The position numbers and the translations under genes are program-made. A stretch of 64,000 nt of DNA from positions 198,854-262,853 of the forward strand of contig CAVSGM010000002.1 in the NCBI GenBank assembly GCA_963727485.1, read 5' to 3'. The notes below the pieces were generated by a model that saw only the letters and a list, made by a program, of their open reading frames with translations, had not been told where the DNA came from and did no database searches. The stretch is from an uncultured delta proteobacterium (GTDB lineage: Bacteria; Myxococcota; Myxococcia; SLRQ01). Shown here one piece after another: positions 48,452 to 59,088 of this stretch. The first letter of the stretch is position 1. Each line of letters opens with the position of its first letter.

Positions 48452-49693
48452 ATGCACCGCCACCTCGCCTGGCTCTGCGCCGCCACCGTCGTCTTCGCCG
48501 CCTGCAGCAAGGGGAACAGCGTCGTCCCCACGCCGGCCCTCAAGGCCCAGGCCGCCTACCACCAGGGCAACGCCAAGCTCGTCGCCGGCGACTTCAAGGC
48601 GGCGCTGGTGCTCCTGCGCCGATCGGTGCGCCTCGATCCGGGGCTGGTCCAGGCGCACCAGGCCCTGGGCGAGACCTACCTCGGCCTGCTCCGGGGCCCG
48701 GAGGCCGAGGAGCAGTTCCGCCTCGCTCTCAAGATCCAGCCCAAGAAGTACCTGGCGTGGGAGGGCCTCGGCGACGCGCTCCGCCTCGAGCACCAGCTCG
48801 ACAAGGCCCTCGACGCCTACGCCCACGCCGCCACCCTCGACCAGACCCTCCCCGATCCCTGGACCTCCCAGGGCGAGGTGCTCCGGGACCAGGACGCCTA
48901 CGCCGACGCCGCCGCCGCCTTCGAGAAGGCCGCGGCCCGCGCCTCGGGAAAGGACGTCGCCACCCAGTGGACCAGCGCCGGCGGGGCCTGGGGCAAGGCC
49001 GGCAAGTGGGACCGCGCCGCCGCCAATCTGGCCAAGGCCGCCGCCGCGACCCCCAAGGCCGCCAGCGCCTGGGACCGCCTCGGTCAGGCCCGGGCCCACG
49101 CCGGGGACATGAAGGGCGTGGCCACCGCCTACGCCCGGGCCGTCGCCGTCTCGCCCGAGGACCCGGTCCTCTGGGAGCTCCTCGGCGCCGCCCGCCGGGC
49201 CCTCGGTGACGCCGCCGGGGCCCGCAAGGCCTACGAGCGGGCTCGAGACCTGGCGCCGCACCGCGCCTCGGTCTGGGAGGGGCTCGGGCGCCTCGACCTC
49301 GACGCCAAGGACCTCCCCGCCGCCACCCGGGACGCCCACCGCGCCCTCGACGCCCTGGGGAGCACTGGCCCGTCCCAGGGCAAGAAGGGCGCCGCCGTCG
49401 CCGCCGAGGTCGAGGACGACAACGTGGTCGCCAACGTCGCCAATCTCCTCGCCAAGGTCGGCGACCACGACCGCGCCGCGGGCCTCTACCGGATGCTCCT
49501 CGGAGGCAAGGGCGACCACGATCCCCAGCTCTGGATCGCCCTGGCCCACGAGGACACCGCCCTCGGCGACAAGGCGGCCGTGGCCCTCGACTGCGCGACC
49601 GCCCGGAAGGACGCCGGAACGCAGGCGCTCACCGGCCTCGAGGTCTGCCCCAAGGCGCCCAAGCCGTCGCCGGGCAAGTCCCCGGGCAAGTAG
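48452..49693 (+). CDS. TPR-repeat lipoprotein
   Basis: MHRHLAWLCAATVVFAACSKGN (lipobox), then TPR-like units ...YHQGNAKLVAGDFKAALVLLRRSVRLDPGLVQAHQALGETYLGL... Confidence 0.75.
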   Translation: MHRHLAWLCAATVVFAACSKGNSVVPTPALKAQAAYHQGNAKLVAGDFKAALVLLRRSVRLDPGLVQAHQALGETYLGLLRGPEAEEQFRLALKIQPKKYLAWEGLGDALRLEHQLDKALDAYAHAATLDQTLPDPWTSQGEVLRDQDAYADAAAAFEKAAARASGKDVATQWTSAGGAWGKAGKWDRAAANLAKAAAATPKAASAWDRLGQARAHAGDMKGVATAYARAVAVSPEDPVLWELLGAARRALGDAAGARKAYERARDLAPHRASVWEGLGRLDLDAKDLPAATRDAHRALDALGSTGPSQGKKGAAVAAEVEDDNVVANVANLLAKVGDHDRAAGLYRMLLGGKGDHDPQLWIALAHEDTALGDKAAVALDCATARKDAGTQALTGLEVCPKAPKPSPGKSPGK

Positions 49694-49702
49694 ACGCCGG
49701 AC

Positions 49703-50389
49703 CTAGTGGACCCGGCGGTAGACGCCGACCACCACGCCCAGGATCTGGGTGTCCCGGAAGTCCTGCTGGTGGACGTAGATGGGCTGCATCGCCGCGTTCG
49801 CCGGCTGGAAGCGGATGCGGTCGCCCTCGGGGAAGTAGCGCTTCACCGTGGCGTCGCCGTCGATCATGGCGACCACGATGTCGCCGGCGTCGGCGGTGAG
49901 CTGCTTCTTCACGAAGATGTAGTCGCCGTCGAGGATGCCGTCGTCGATCATGGACTCACCGCTGACCCGGAGGCCGAAGACCTTCTTGGTGGTCCCCCCG
50001 AGGAAGAAGCTGTCCACGTGCACCGTGTCGGTGACGTTCTCCTCGGCGAGGATCGGGCTCCCGGCGGCGACCCGCCCGAGGACCGGGATCGCGACCAGGT
50101 CGCCCTCGGGGAAGATCGCCGGCACCGCCACGTCGACCGCGGTGGGGTGGGGCGCCTCGCCGAGGGCGCGCAGGGCCGGGGCGGTGAGGGCGAGAGCCCG
50201 GGACTTCTTGTCGCCACGCTCGATGTACCCCTTGCGCTCGAGGGCCTTGAGGTGGTCGTTGACGCCGTTGGTGGACCTGATGCCGAAGGCGGTGCCAATC
50301 TCGCGGATGGTCGGGGGGTAGCCGCTCCCGTTGATGCTCTGGTGGATGAAGCCGAGGATGTCCCGCTGCCGCTGGGTGAGCTCCTGCAT
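49703..50389 (-). CDS. lexA: LexA repressor
   Basis: [58 protein letters not shown]...[24 protein letters not shown]...[17 protein letters not shown] (S24 peptidase Ser/Lys region). Confidence 0.9.
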   Translation of the reverse strand: MQELTQRQRDILGFIHQSINGSGYPPTIREIGTAFGIRSTNGVNDHLKALERKGYIERGDKKSRALALTAPALRALGEAPHPTAVDVAVPAIFPEGDLVAIPVLGRVAAGSPILAEENVTDTVHVDSFFLGGTTKKVFGLRVSGESMIDDGILDGDYIFVKKQLTADAGDIVVAMIDGDATVKRYFPEGDRIRFQPANAAMQPIYVHQQDFRDTQILGVVVGVYRRVH

Positions 50390-50400
50390 GTCCGCCCTCT

Positions 50401-50433
50401 CCTGAAAACAGGTTCAGGCACAAGATACTGAAC
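50401..50433. promoter_or_regulatory. Candidate LexA operator(s) upstream of lexA (CCTGAACCTGTTTTCAGG on the lexA strand, plus GTTCAG-N10-CTGAAC)
   Basis: CTGAACCTGTTTTCAGG matches the delta-type LexA motif CTRHAMRYBYGTTCAGS at 15/17; within 30 nt of the lexA start codon. Confidence 0.45.
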
Positions 50434-50502
50434 GGGCGCCCAGCGCGTCAAGAAATCCGGCGCCGCCTTCCGCCCCGGACGCCCCTGGGGTACACAGGGC
50501 CC

Positions 50503-51582
50503 ATGCGACCGGCGACCCGCCACCTGGGCCACGGGGTCAGGGCCACTCTCCGCCACCTGCCCCTGGTGGCCCTCCAGGCCTCCGTGGACCTCACCGCGAG
50601 CCTGGCGGCCCTGCTCCCGGCGGTGGTCGCCGCGGTCCTGGTGGTGCGCCACGCCGTCACGCTGGTCTCGGCCCTGCCCCCGACCCGCAACCCCCTGGCC
50701 CTCGCCGCGGCGGAGCTGCTGGGCTACCTCCTCTCGGCGCGCTTCCTGATGCCGGTGGTGGGCCTCGCCGCGGCCGGGGCGCTGCTGGTGGCGATGATGC
50801 GGGTCCTCTATCTCACCGGCGCCCTGGGCCTCCTCGCCGGCGACCTCCGCGCGGGTGGCCGGGCGCCGGCCGGCGGCTTCATGGACGCGGTGGTCGCCCG
50901 GTTCCCGGCGGCCCTCGCCGTGGTCGCCCTCATGGGGGTCGCGGGCCTCGCGGTGGCGGGCCTGGTCGCGGGCCTGGTGGGCGCCGCCGGCGCCGTGTTC
51001 GCCGCCGGGCCCTCGGTGGCGAGCGCCGCGGGCCTCGCCCTCGCCGGGAGCCTGACGGTGGTCCTGCTCGCGATCTTCGAGGCCGTCCGGCACCTCGCCC
51101 TGGTCCGCACCGTGGCCCTCGGCGAGGGCCCGGGTGTGGCCACCTACGAGGCCGGGGCCCTGGTCCTCCGGCGTCCCGGGACCCTCCTCGCCCTGGGGGT
51201 CCTGCTCCTTGGCGTCGAGCTGGCCGTGGCGGTGATCTTCGCCAGCGCCACCGGGATGCAGGGCCTCCTCCCCGCCGCCGCCGCGGCCACCGGATGGGCC
51301 GTCGGCGCCCGGGTCGTAGGCGAGGTCACGGCCACCGTGGCCCTCGCCGTGGTCGGCGTGGTCGCCTGGGGCGCCCTGGTGTCCCTGGCCCTCGATGACG
51401 CCGGGGCGCTCCCGCCGGACCCCGAGCCCGCGCCCCGGTCGACCCCGCCCGCACCCGCGCCGGCGGTCCCGGCGCGGCGGGTGTCCCTCGCCCGGCCCGT
51501 GTCGGAGGTGTGGCCGCCGGCGCCGGCGCCTCAGGCCGACGCCCCGGGCGACGACGCCTCAGACGACGACCCCTCGGCGTAG
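50503..51582 (+). CDS. Polytopic membrane protein (hypothetical), Ala/Leu/Val-rich
   Basis: Multiple hydrophobic segments (LVAGLVGAAGAVFAAG, LTVVLLAIFEAV, VALAVVGVVAWGALVSLAL); low-complexity, so the exact frame/start is uncertain. Confidence 0.45.
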   Translation: MRPATRHLGHGVRATLRHLPLVALQASVDLTASLAALLPAVVAAVLVVRHAVTLVSALPPTRNPLALAAAELLGYLLSARFLMPVVGLAAAGALLVAMMRVLYLTGALGLLAGDLRAGGRAPAGGFMDAVVARFPAALAVVALMGVAGLAVAGLVAGLVGAAGAVFAAGPSVASAAGLALAGSLTVVLLAIFEAVRHLALVRTVALGEGPGVATYEAGALVLRRPGTLLALGVLLLGVELAVAVIFASATGMQGLLPAAAAATGWAVGARVVGEVTATVALAVVGVVAWGALVSLALDDAGALPPDPEPAPRSTPPAPAPAVPARRVSLARPVSEVWPPAPAPQADAPGDDASDDDPSA

Positions 51583-52463
51583 CACCCGAGCCGGTCCCGG
51601 AAGAACTTCTCGAGGCGCAGGTTGAGCAGCTCCGGCTGCTCGATGGGCGCCGCGTGGCTCCCCTTGGGGATCACCAGCAGCTCGGCGTCGGGGATGAGGT
51701 CGGCCATCTCCTCGGAGAGCCACATGGGCGTGAAGGTGTCGAGCTCGGCGCCGACCACCAGGGTGGGCACGTCGACGTGCCCCAGGTGGTCCCGGGTGCT
51801 GTGGGCCGCGGCGTGGGAGAGGAGCCGCACGAAGACCTCCGGGTCCATCTTCCCCAGGTGGTCGAAGTAGGGCTGCATGTCCTCCCAGCGGATGAGCGAG
51901 CGGTTCACCTCCCCGGCGAGGAAGGCGAGGAGCCAGGCCATCCGCGAGGGGAGCAGCGCCCGCCACAGCCCCACCACCGCCCCGGGGAAGCCTTCGAGGA
52001 TCCGGTTGATGTAGGGCAGGCCCTCCTTGAGGGCGGCGGTGCCGTGGAAGGTGTCCAGGGGCCGGCCGTAGCTGCCGCAGACCAGCACCAGGGCGGCGAC
52101 GCGCCCGGGCATGCGCCGGTGGGCCTCGAGGACCACCTGCACCCCCACCGAGTGCCCGGCGAGGATGGCGCGCTCGCTGCCGGCGGCGTCGAGGACGGCG
52201 CCGAGGTCGCCCACCAGGTCCTCGATGGCCATGCGGTCGAGGTCCCGGGGCGTCGCCGAGCGTCCGTGGCCCCGGTAGTGCCAGCGGATCACCCGGTGCC
52301 GGTCGGCGAAGGCGGGCACCACGTACTTCCACACGAAGCCGTCGCAGCCGATGCCGTCGCAGAGCACCAGGTCCGGTGCCGTGGGGCGGTCGGGCCCGGC
52401 GATGGTGTAGTAGATCGACGTCCCGTCGGACGCCTGGCAGAACCCCTCGGTGTAGCGCTCCAT
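51531..52463 (-). CDS. Alpha/beta-fold hydrolase
   Basis: MERYTEGFCQASDGTSIYYTIAGPDRPTAPDLVLCDGIGCDGFVWKY...AILAGHSVGVQVVLEA (GHSxG nucleophile elbow). Confidence 0.8.
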   Translation of the reverse strand: MERYTEGFCQASDGTSIYYTIAGPDRPTAPDLVLCDGIGCDGFVWKYVVPAFADRHRVIRWHYRGHGRSATPRDLDRMAIEDLVGDLGAVLDAAGSERAILAGHSVGVQVVLEAHRRMPGRVAALVLVCGSYGRPLDTFHGTAALKEGLPYINRILEGFPGAVVGLWRALLPSRMAWLLAFLAGEVNRSLIRWEDMQPYFDHLGKMDPEVFVRLLSHAAAHSTRDHLGHVDVPTLVVGAELDTFTPMWLSEEMADLIPDAELLVIPKGSHAAPIEQPELLNLRLEKFFRDRLGCYAEGSSSEASSPGASA

Positions 52464-52480
52464 GACCCCTTCCCGCGCCG

Positions 52481-54047
52481 TCAGCGTGCGGCCTGGCGCG
52501 GCTCCTCGAGGCCGTACTTCTCACACTTCGCGATGAGGTTCGAGCGGCTCACGCCCAGCTCGCGCGCGAGGCGCGACTTGTTCCAGTGGGTGCGGATGAG
52601 CCCCTGGTGGATCATCTCCCGCTCCAGGGCCTCGACGGCGTGCTTGAGCTTGCCGGTGGTCTTGATGGGGCTGACCCCCTTGGGCGTCCCCACCGCGTCG
52701 CGGATCCGGGGGCTGACCAGGTCGACCCCGAGCTCGCCGTCGTCGGCGCCGAGGACCAGGAGCCGCTCGAATCTCGTTCTCGAGCTCGCGGATGTTCCCG
52801 GGCCAGTCGTAGGTGCCCAGCAGCTCGAGGCACTCGCGCGCGAGGGTCCGGGCGTCGCCGTTGCCGTGCTTGCGCAGGAAGTGCTCCACCAGCAGGGGGA
52901 TGTCGTCGCGGCGCTCGCGCAGGGCCGGGACGTCGATCTTGATGACGTTGATCCGGTAGTAGAGGTCCTCGCGGAACTCGCCGGCCTCGACCATCTTGGC
53001 CAGGTCCTTGTGGGTGGCGGCGATGACCCGGACGTCGACCTCCCTGGCGGAGGTCCCGCCCACCGGCGTGAAGGTGCCCTCCTGGAGCACCCGGAGGAGC
53101 TTGACCTGGAGGGTGGGGGACATGTCCCCGACCTCGTCGAGGAAGAAGGTCCCGCCGTCGGCGACCTCGAAGAGGCCCTTCTTGTCCTTGATGGCGCCGG
53201 TGAACGCGCCCTTCACGTGACCGAAGAGGGCGCTCTCCAGGAGGTTGTCGTTGAACGCCGAGCAGTTCTGGACCACGAACGCCTTGTCCTTGCGCGGCCC
53301 GTTGTAGTGGATGGCCCGGGCGACCAGCTCCTTGCCGGTGCCGCTCTCCCCGTGGACCAGGACCGTGGAGTCGGAGTTGCACACCTTCTCCAGGACCCGG
53401 TAGACGTCCTGCATCGCCTGGCTGGAGCCGATGATGGACTCGAAGCGGTAGCGCTCGGAGAGCTCGTCGGAGAGGTGCTGGATCTCCCGGTCGCGCTTGC
53501 CCATCTCCAGCTCGAAGGCGGCAATCTCGTCGGCGCCGAACTCGAGGAGGTCGCAGAGCTTCTCCACGCCCTCCGGGGGGATCACCGGGAGCCGCTGGAC
53601 GGCCCGGTCGAGGTCGGTGGCCCCGGGGTTGAGCACCCGGATCCGCGAGCTGGCCTGCTCGACCTGCCGCTCGGTGAGATCCTCCCGGAGGAAGCCACCG
53701 ACGAACATGAAGCCCTTGTACTCGGAGGCCACCACGATGGGGCAGCCGACGATGGTGAACCCCAGGTGGCAGTCGTGGAAGAGGCAGCGCCTGGGCTTCT
53801 TGCTGGCGCGGAACTTGTCGCCGACGAACTTCACCGACTCGTTGCAGCGCCGAAAGCCCTCCTTGGAGAAGAGCGAGAGGCGGCAGAAGTCGTTGTTCGG
53901 GGGGATGATCTGGCCGTTGGCGTGCTCGAGGACGTAGCCGGTCTTGTCGGCGAAGGCGAGCTCGAGGCCCCACCACTTGCGGATCACGTCCCGCAGCATG
54001 ATGATGGTGTGCAGGTTCTGGTAGCGCTCGTACTCCTGCAACGCCAT
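52481..54047 (-). CDS. Sigma-54-dependent transcriptional activator, paralogue of the 20327-21898 gene (same N-terminal Cys/His domain), frame change near 52765-52775
   Basis: MALQEYERYQNLHTIIMLRDVIRKWWGLELAFADKTGYVLEHANGQIIPPNNDFCRLSL...KEGFRRCNESV...; AAA+ core GESGTGKELVA...GAFTGA...GTFFLDEVGDM; HTH tail ...HWNKSRLARELGVSRSNLIAKCEKYG in ORF 52481..52693 frame; [11 protein letters not shown]. Confidence 0.8.
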
Positions 54048-54134
54048 GCTCTTTCTCCTCCCGGGACGGCCAGCGGTAAGGCGCCCCTTGGTGACTTGAC
54101 CTGACCGGCGACACCCCACCGCCGGCTGCACAGA

Positions 54135-54190
54135 ATCAGGACAATCCTACCGGCCCGATGTAGACAATCGCAAGGCACGATTGTCCTGAT
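54135..54190. promoter_or_regulatory. Nested inverted/direct repeats of GACAATC in the promoter region between the second sigma-54 activator and the divergent downstream gene
   Basis: ATCAGGACAATC ...16 nt... GACAATCG ...7 nt... CGATTGTCCTGAT: the right arm is complementary to both left copies; coordinates approximate. Confidence 0.3.
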
Positions 54191-54228
54191 CCAGGGCAGA
54201 CGCCGCCACCGAGGAGCGTTCCAAGACC

Positions 54229-55212
54229 ATGTCCGCCGTCGATCCGATCCACCGCCACGTCCCGGCCCCGGTGGCCCACCGGCTCGGGGATCGCCCGGGG
54301 GTGACCATCCTCGGCCTCCGGGACGTCCTCCGGGGGCTCGAGGGCTCCGGGCGGGTGCTCCTGGTGGCGGTGTGCGAGTCGCCCCTGGCGGTGGCACCCA
54401 TCCTCCGGGCCGCCCGGGAGCTCGACGCGGTGGTGGGGCTGGCCCCGGCGCTGCCCGAGACCGGACCCCGGGATCGCCACGCCTTCTTCGAGACCGTGTG
54501 CCGCGCCGCCGAGGAGACCGGGCACCGGCGGGCGGTGGTCACCGTGTCGCCGCCGGTGGCCCTCGGGCGCCCCGAGGACGCCGAGACCGTCGCCGAGCAA
54601 ATCTACGGCCGGGTCGACGCCGGGTTCTCGCACGTGCCCCTGGACGTGTCGGCCCTCAATCCCGCGCGCGCCGCGCCCACCATCCGCCGGGCCGCCGAGG
54701 CCCTCCTCGACCTGGAGCTGGGCCTGGATCTGCGCCTGGCCCCGGGGCAGGAGGACGCCGCCGGGGAGCTCGCCGCGGGCCTCAAGCTCCTGGGGGTCGA
54801 GGTCGACCTGGTGGGCGTCGCCGGCGAGGAGGGCGTGGGCCTCGCGGTGGTCGCCAGCGAGGTGGACCCGGTGGGGGTGAGCTGGGCCGAGGGGGACGAC
54901 GACGCCGACTTCCGGGGCGGGCTGCGCAACGCCGTGGGCGCCGGGGTGCGCCTGGTGAGCCTGCGCTCGCCGTTCACCCGCCAGGTCCTCGCGGGCCTGC
55001 CGCCGGCCCTCGCCCGGTCCCTCGAGGCCGGCGCCGGGACCCGGGGCAGCATCGCCGCCGCGCTCCAGGACCGGGGCGACGAGCTTGCGGCCCTCGACGC
55101 CGAGGCCGTGGACCGGGTCGAGGCCCGGGTCCACGCCGAGGCCGAGGAGCTCCTCCGCCTCCTGCGCCTCGACGGGGCCCACCGCCTGCTCCGGGACCGC
55201 CTGCTGGGCTGA
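54229..55212 (+). CDS. Hypothetical protein (327 aa)
   Basis: ORF 54229..55212, MSAVDPIHRHVPAPVAHRLGDRPGVTILGLRDVLRGLEGSGRVLLVAVCESPL...; no recognisable motif. Confidence 0.45.
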   Translation: MSAVDPIHRHVPAPVAHRLGDRPGVTILGLRDVLRGLEGSGRVLLVAVCESPLAVAPILRAARELDAVVGLAPALPETGPRDRHAFFETVCRAAEETGHRRAVVTVSPPVALGRPEDAETVAEQIYGRVDAGFSHVPLDVSALNPARAAPTIRRAAEALLDLELGLDLRLAPGQEDAAGELAAGLKLLGVEVDLVGVAGEEGVGLAVVASEVDPVGVSWAEGDDDADFRGGLRNAVGAGVRLVSLRSPFTRQVLAGLPPALARSLEAGAGTRGSIAAALQDRGDELAALDAEAVDRVEARVHAEAEELLRLLRLDGAHRLLRDRLLG

Positions 55213-55216
55213 CGCC

Positions 55217-55777
55217 ATGCGCATCATCGGCGGCAGCGCCCGGGGGCGGCCGCTTCGCGCCCCCAAGGGAACCGGGACCCGGCCCACCCTCGACCGGGTG
55301 CGCCAGAGCCTCTTCGACGTCCTGGGGCAGCGCTGCGACGGCCTGGCGGTCCTGGACCTCTTCGCCGGGACCGGGGCCCTGGGCCTCGAGGCCGTCAGCC
55401 GGGGGGCGGCGCGGGCGGTGCTGGTGGAGCAGGGGCGGCCGGCGCTCGCGGCCCTGGCGCACAACCTCGAGACCCTGGGCTTCGGGGACCGGGCGACGGT
55501 GGTCCCGGGCGACGCCCTGAACCTCGCCGGCCTCGCCGGGGCCCTGGGCCCCTTCGACCTGGTCCTCGCCGACCCGCCCTACGTCCTGGGGGTGGCGAAG
55601 GTCCTGGAGGCCCTCGCCGCGGCCCCCGGCCTCCTCGTCGAAGACGCCCGCGTCGTGGTAGAACACGCCCGGCGCGACCCCGCCCCCGAGCGGGTGGGGA
55701 CGCTCCTCCACCGCGACACCCGCCGGTACGGCGACACCATGGTGAGCTTCTACACAGCGCAGGGAGCGACGACATGA
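55217..55777 (+). CDS. rsmD: 16S rRNA (guanine966-N2)-methyltransferase RsmD
   Basis: [37 protein letters not shown]...[20 protein letters not shown]...LVLADPPY. Confidence 0.8.
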   Translation: MRIIGGSARGRPLRAPKGTGTRPTLDRVRQSLFDVLGQRCDGLAVLDLFAGTGALGLEAVSRGAARAVLVEQGRPALAALAHNLETLGFGDRATVVPGDALNLAGLAGALGPFDLVLADPPYVLGVAKVLEALAAAPGLLVEDARVVVEHARRDPAPERVGTLLHRDTRRYGDTMVSFYTAQGATT

Positions 55778-56250
55778 AGGTGGCCATCTACCCCGGGTCC
55801 TTCGATCCCCTGACCAACGGCCACGTGAACATCGTCGAGCGTGGGCTGGCGGTCTTCGACAAGCTCATCGTCGCCGTCGCCAGCAACCCCCGCAAGAGCC
55901 CGATGTTCTCCGTGGCCGAGCGCCGCGCCATCCTCGAGGAGGCGCTGACCGCCGATGGCCGCGTCGAGGTCGACGACTTCGAGGGGCTCCTGGTCGACTA
56001 CTGCAAGCAGCGCGGCGTCCCCCTCGTCCTCCGGGGCCTCCGCGCCGTCTCCGACTTCGAGTACGAGCTGCAGATGGCCAACATGAACCGCAAGCTGGCC
56101 CCGGACATCGAGACCGTCTTCATGATGACCGGCGAGGAGCACTTCTACATCTCCAGCCAGTTCGTCCGCGAGGTCATCAAGTTCGGCGGTGACGTGAGCG
56201 CGCTCGTCCCCGAGTGCGTCACCCGCCGCCTCAAGGAGCGTGAGTCGTGA
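55774..56250 (+). CDS. coaD: Phosphopantetheine adenylyltransferase
   Basis: [24 protein letters not shown]...; overlaps rsmD stop, conserved rsmD-coaD pair. Confidence 0.9.
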   Translation: MKVAIYPGSFDPLTNGHVNIVERGLAVFDKLIVAVASNPRKSPMFSVAERRAILEEALTADGRVEVDDFEGLLVDYCKQRGVPLVLRGLRAVSDFEYELQMANMNRKLAPDIETVFMMTGEEHFYISSQFVREVIKFGGDVSALVPECVTRRLKERES

Positions 56251-57446
56251 TCCGCCTCTCCCGGCGCGCCGCCGCCGTCAAGCCGTCCGCCACCCTCGCC
56301 ACCGCCGCCAAGGCCCGGGCCCTCAAGGCCAAGGGCGTCGACGTGGTCCTCTTCGGGACCGGTGAGCCCGACTTCGACACCCCGGACCACATCAAGATCG
56401 CCGCGGTGAAGGGCCTGCGCGAGGGTCGCACCCACTACCCGCCGCTCTCGGGGATCCCCGAGCTGAAGAGCGCCATCCAGGACCGCCTCCAGGTCGACCA
56501 CGGGCTGTCCTTCGGGCTCTCGGAGATCCTGGTCACCATCGGCGCCAAGCAGGCCCTCTACAACCTCTGCCAGGCCGTCCTCGACGAGGGCGACCAGGCG
56601 GTGATCCCCGGGCCCTACTGGGTGAGCTACCCGGACATGGTGACGCTGGCCGGCGCCGAGCCGGTCCACGTCCCCTCGGATCCCGCCGCGGGCTTCGTCC
56701 CCCGGGCCGAGGACCTCGAGGCGGCGATCACCGGCCACACCCGCCTGCTCTTCCTCAACTCGCCCTCGAACCCCACGGGCATCCTCTACCCGCACGGGGC
56801 CCTCGAGGCCATCGCCGAGGTGGTCCGCCGGCACCCGCAGATCGTCGTCGTCTCCGACGACATCTACGAGAAGCTCATCTACGACGGGCAGAAGTTCGAG
56901 AACCTGCTCATGGTCGCCCCGGATCTACGCGACCGCATCGTGCTGGTGAACGGCGTCTCCAAGAGCTACGCCATGACCGGCTGGCGCCTGGGCTGGGCCG
57001 CGGGGCCCCCGGACGTCATCGCGGCGATGCAGCGGATCCAGGGCCAGAGCACCAGCGGCGCCACCAGCTTCGCCCAGCTCGGCGCGGTGGCGGCGCTCAC
57101 CGGCGACCAGAAGGTGGTCGCCGACTTCCTCGCCGAGTTCGACACGCGCCGCAAGCACATGGTGGCGCGCCTCAACGAGATCGAGGGCATCTCCTGCGCC
57201 ATGCCCGGCGGGGCCTTCTACGCCTTCCCCGACGTGCGCGGGGTGCTGGCGCGGCGCCTCAAGGGCGAGGTCATCGGTGACACGGCGCGCCTGTGCGAGC
57301 TCCTCCTCGACGAGGTGGCGGTGGCGGCGGTGCCCGGGGCGCCGTTCGGCGCCGAGGGGTTCCTGCGGATGAGCTTCGCCACGTCGATGGCGGAGATCGA
57401 CCGGGGGCTCGACCGCCTCGCCGACTTCGTGTCGCGGCTCGACTGA
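56247..57446 (+). CDS. Class I PLP-dependent aminotransferase (aspartate aminotransferase-like)
   Basis: ...[16 protein letters not shown]...[11 protein letters not shown]...[21 protein letters not shown] (PLP-Lys region). Confidence 0.85.
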   Translation: MIRLSRRAAAVKPSATLATAAKARALKAKGVDVVLFGTGEPDFDTPDHIKIAAVKGLREGRTHYPPLSGIPELKSAIQDRLQVDHGLSFGLSEILVTIGAKQALYNLCQAVLDEGDQAVIPGPYWVSYPDMVTLAGAEPVHVPSDPAAGFVPRAEDLEAAITGHTRLLFLNSPSNPTGILYPHGALEAIAEVVRRHPQIVVVSDDIYEKLIYDGQKFENLLMVAPDLRDRIVLVNGVSKSYAMTGWRLGWAAGPPDVIAAMQRIQGQSTSGATSFAQLGAVAALTGDQKVVADFLAEFDTRRKHMVARLNEIEGISCAMPGGAFYAFPDVRGVLARRLKGEVIGDTARLCELLLDEVAVAAVPGAPFGAEGFLRMSFATSMAEIDRGLDRLADFVSRLD

Positions 57447-57469
57447 CGGCGCGCGGAGGAGGGCGGCGG

Positions 57470-58902
57470 TCAGGGCGCGGCGGTGCACCTTGGGTCGCCG
57501 TCGTCGGCGACCTCCACGCCGGGGAGCATGTGGCACTTGGCCTTTCCCCGCTGGTCGTGGCGGACCTCGACCGTGATGGTCGGATCGGCCTCGTTGCCGG
57601 AGGCGTCCCGGGCCATGAGGTACACCTTATAGACCCTCGGGGTAGAGCTGCTGCCCTGGCGCTCGGCCCGAAGGCACACGTGGTCCGGCCGCACGAAGAC
57701 GTCGGGGCTCGTGTTGCCGGAGCCGCGGCCGGTCGCCGGCTGGTTGCTCTCGGCGCCGACGATCTCGAGCTTCGGCGACGGGTCGCAGGTGTCCTTGACC
57801 GTTGCCGACAGGTCGCGGTTGGTACGGACCACGACCCACTTGTGGTTGGGCGGCCATAGGCAGAGCGGTCCGGTGTAGGCGAAGTCCGTGAGGTGCGGCG
57901 GCGTGGTGTCGCGCACGGTCACGGGGATTGTCGTTTCCCCGCTGCCGAGGACGTGGTCGTAGACGTGGAGCGTGTAGTCTGTCGTGCCCAGGGGCGCCTG
58001 AACGGTGACGGTCTCGGAGTTCCCGTCCCGGGCAAGGGCGCCGTCGTCGCCGGTGCCGAGCGGGTGGAACCACTGGTAGTGTGTGACGTGGTCATTCGGG
58101 TCGGGGTCGGTGGAGCCGCTTGCGGACAGGGTGACCTTGGCGCCCTCCGGGGAGGTGCACTCGGTAGGCTTTGCCGGCCCGCTGGCGGCAGCCGTGGGCG
58201 GGTGGTTCACGATGTGGCCGCGCAAGTGGAGCTCGATGGCATTGCCCGATGAGTCCTGCCCGGAGGCGGTGAGGGAGAAGGTGTTGTTGCCCAGATCGAG
58301 GGTTCCGGTCACCGGCGCCTGTGTGACGATCTCGGCTCCCTCCCACGCGCCGTTGTCCTTGGCGCGGACGACAATGAGCATCCGACCCGCGGGGATGGTG
58401 AACTTGGTGGCGGAGGTCAACCTTCCGTCCGTGGACGGGCTCGGGGCAGCCGCTCGCCCTTCCATTGGCAGTAGCGCACGGCCGCCTTGGCCGAGACGCC
58501 GTAGATCGGATACTTGCGGTGGGTCGGGTCGGCCATCTCCGCCTTGAGGTCTGGGACGAGGCTCGTCATCTCCCACGGCGTCGTGCAGAAGCCGGCGTCC
58601 ATGCACTTCTTGTAGTCGCCGAAGGTCACCTCGTAGGTGTCGATGAAGTACGGGCTGAGAGTCACCTGGTGGACCGGCGCGAAGTCGCTGCACAGCACGT
58701 TGCCACCCTGCTGGTTGTCACAGGCTGGCGCGCCGGGCATCGGTGCGTGTCCCATCTCGAAGGTCCCGCCGGGGATGAACACCTCGCCCGGCGGAACCTT
58801 CGGTACCACGGGCTGGCACTCGCATCCGCCGACCGTCAACGCGACCACCAGCATCGGGAGCCGTCCACCCCGTCCTCTTGCAGGTCGCCCCAGCGTCGGC
58901 AT
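57470..58902 (-). CDS. Lipoprotein with N-terminal FGE-sulfatase (SUMF1-like) domain fragment and C-terminal Ig/PKD-like region; frame change near 58410-58440
   Basis: N-term (ORF 58417..58902): signal ...LVVALTVGGCEC, FIPGGTFEMG...YFIDTYEVTFGDYKKCMDAGFC...YGVSAKAAVRYCQWKGERLP; the rest continues in ORF 57470..58693 frame. Confidence 0.55.
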
Positions 58903-59088
58903 GGGCTATCTCCTAGGTGATCACGCTACCTGCCTGGAGTGGCCGCGGTCAAAGCGGCCTCTTGACGGACGCCACCGCTGACTTCCTTGGGTGACGGTCG
59001 CCGAGGCAGCTCCCGAGCCGACCGCCGTAGCTCGGTACAGCGCTCCACCGCCGGTGTCACGAGCCGCGAGGGAGTAGCCTGCCCCCGG

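Noticed and set aside
54170-54190. Sigma-54 promoter (TGGCAC-N5-TTGC) at the GGCACG motif
   Set aside because: The -24 GGCAC element is present but the -12 GC element is absent at the required spacing.
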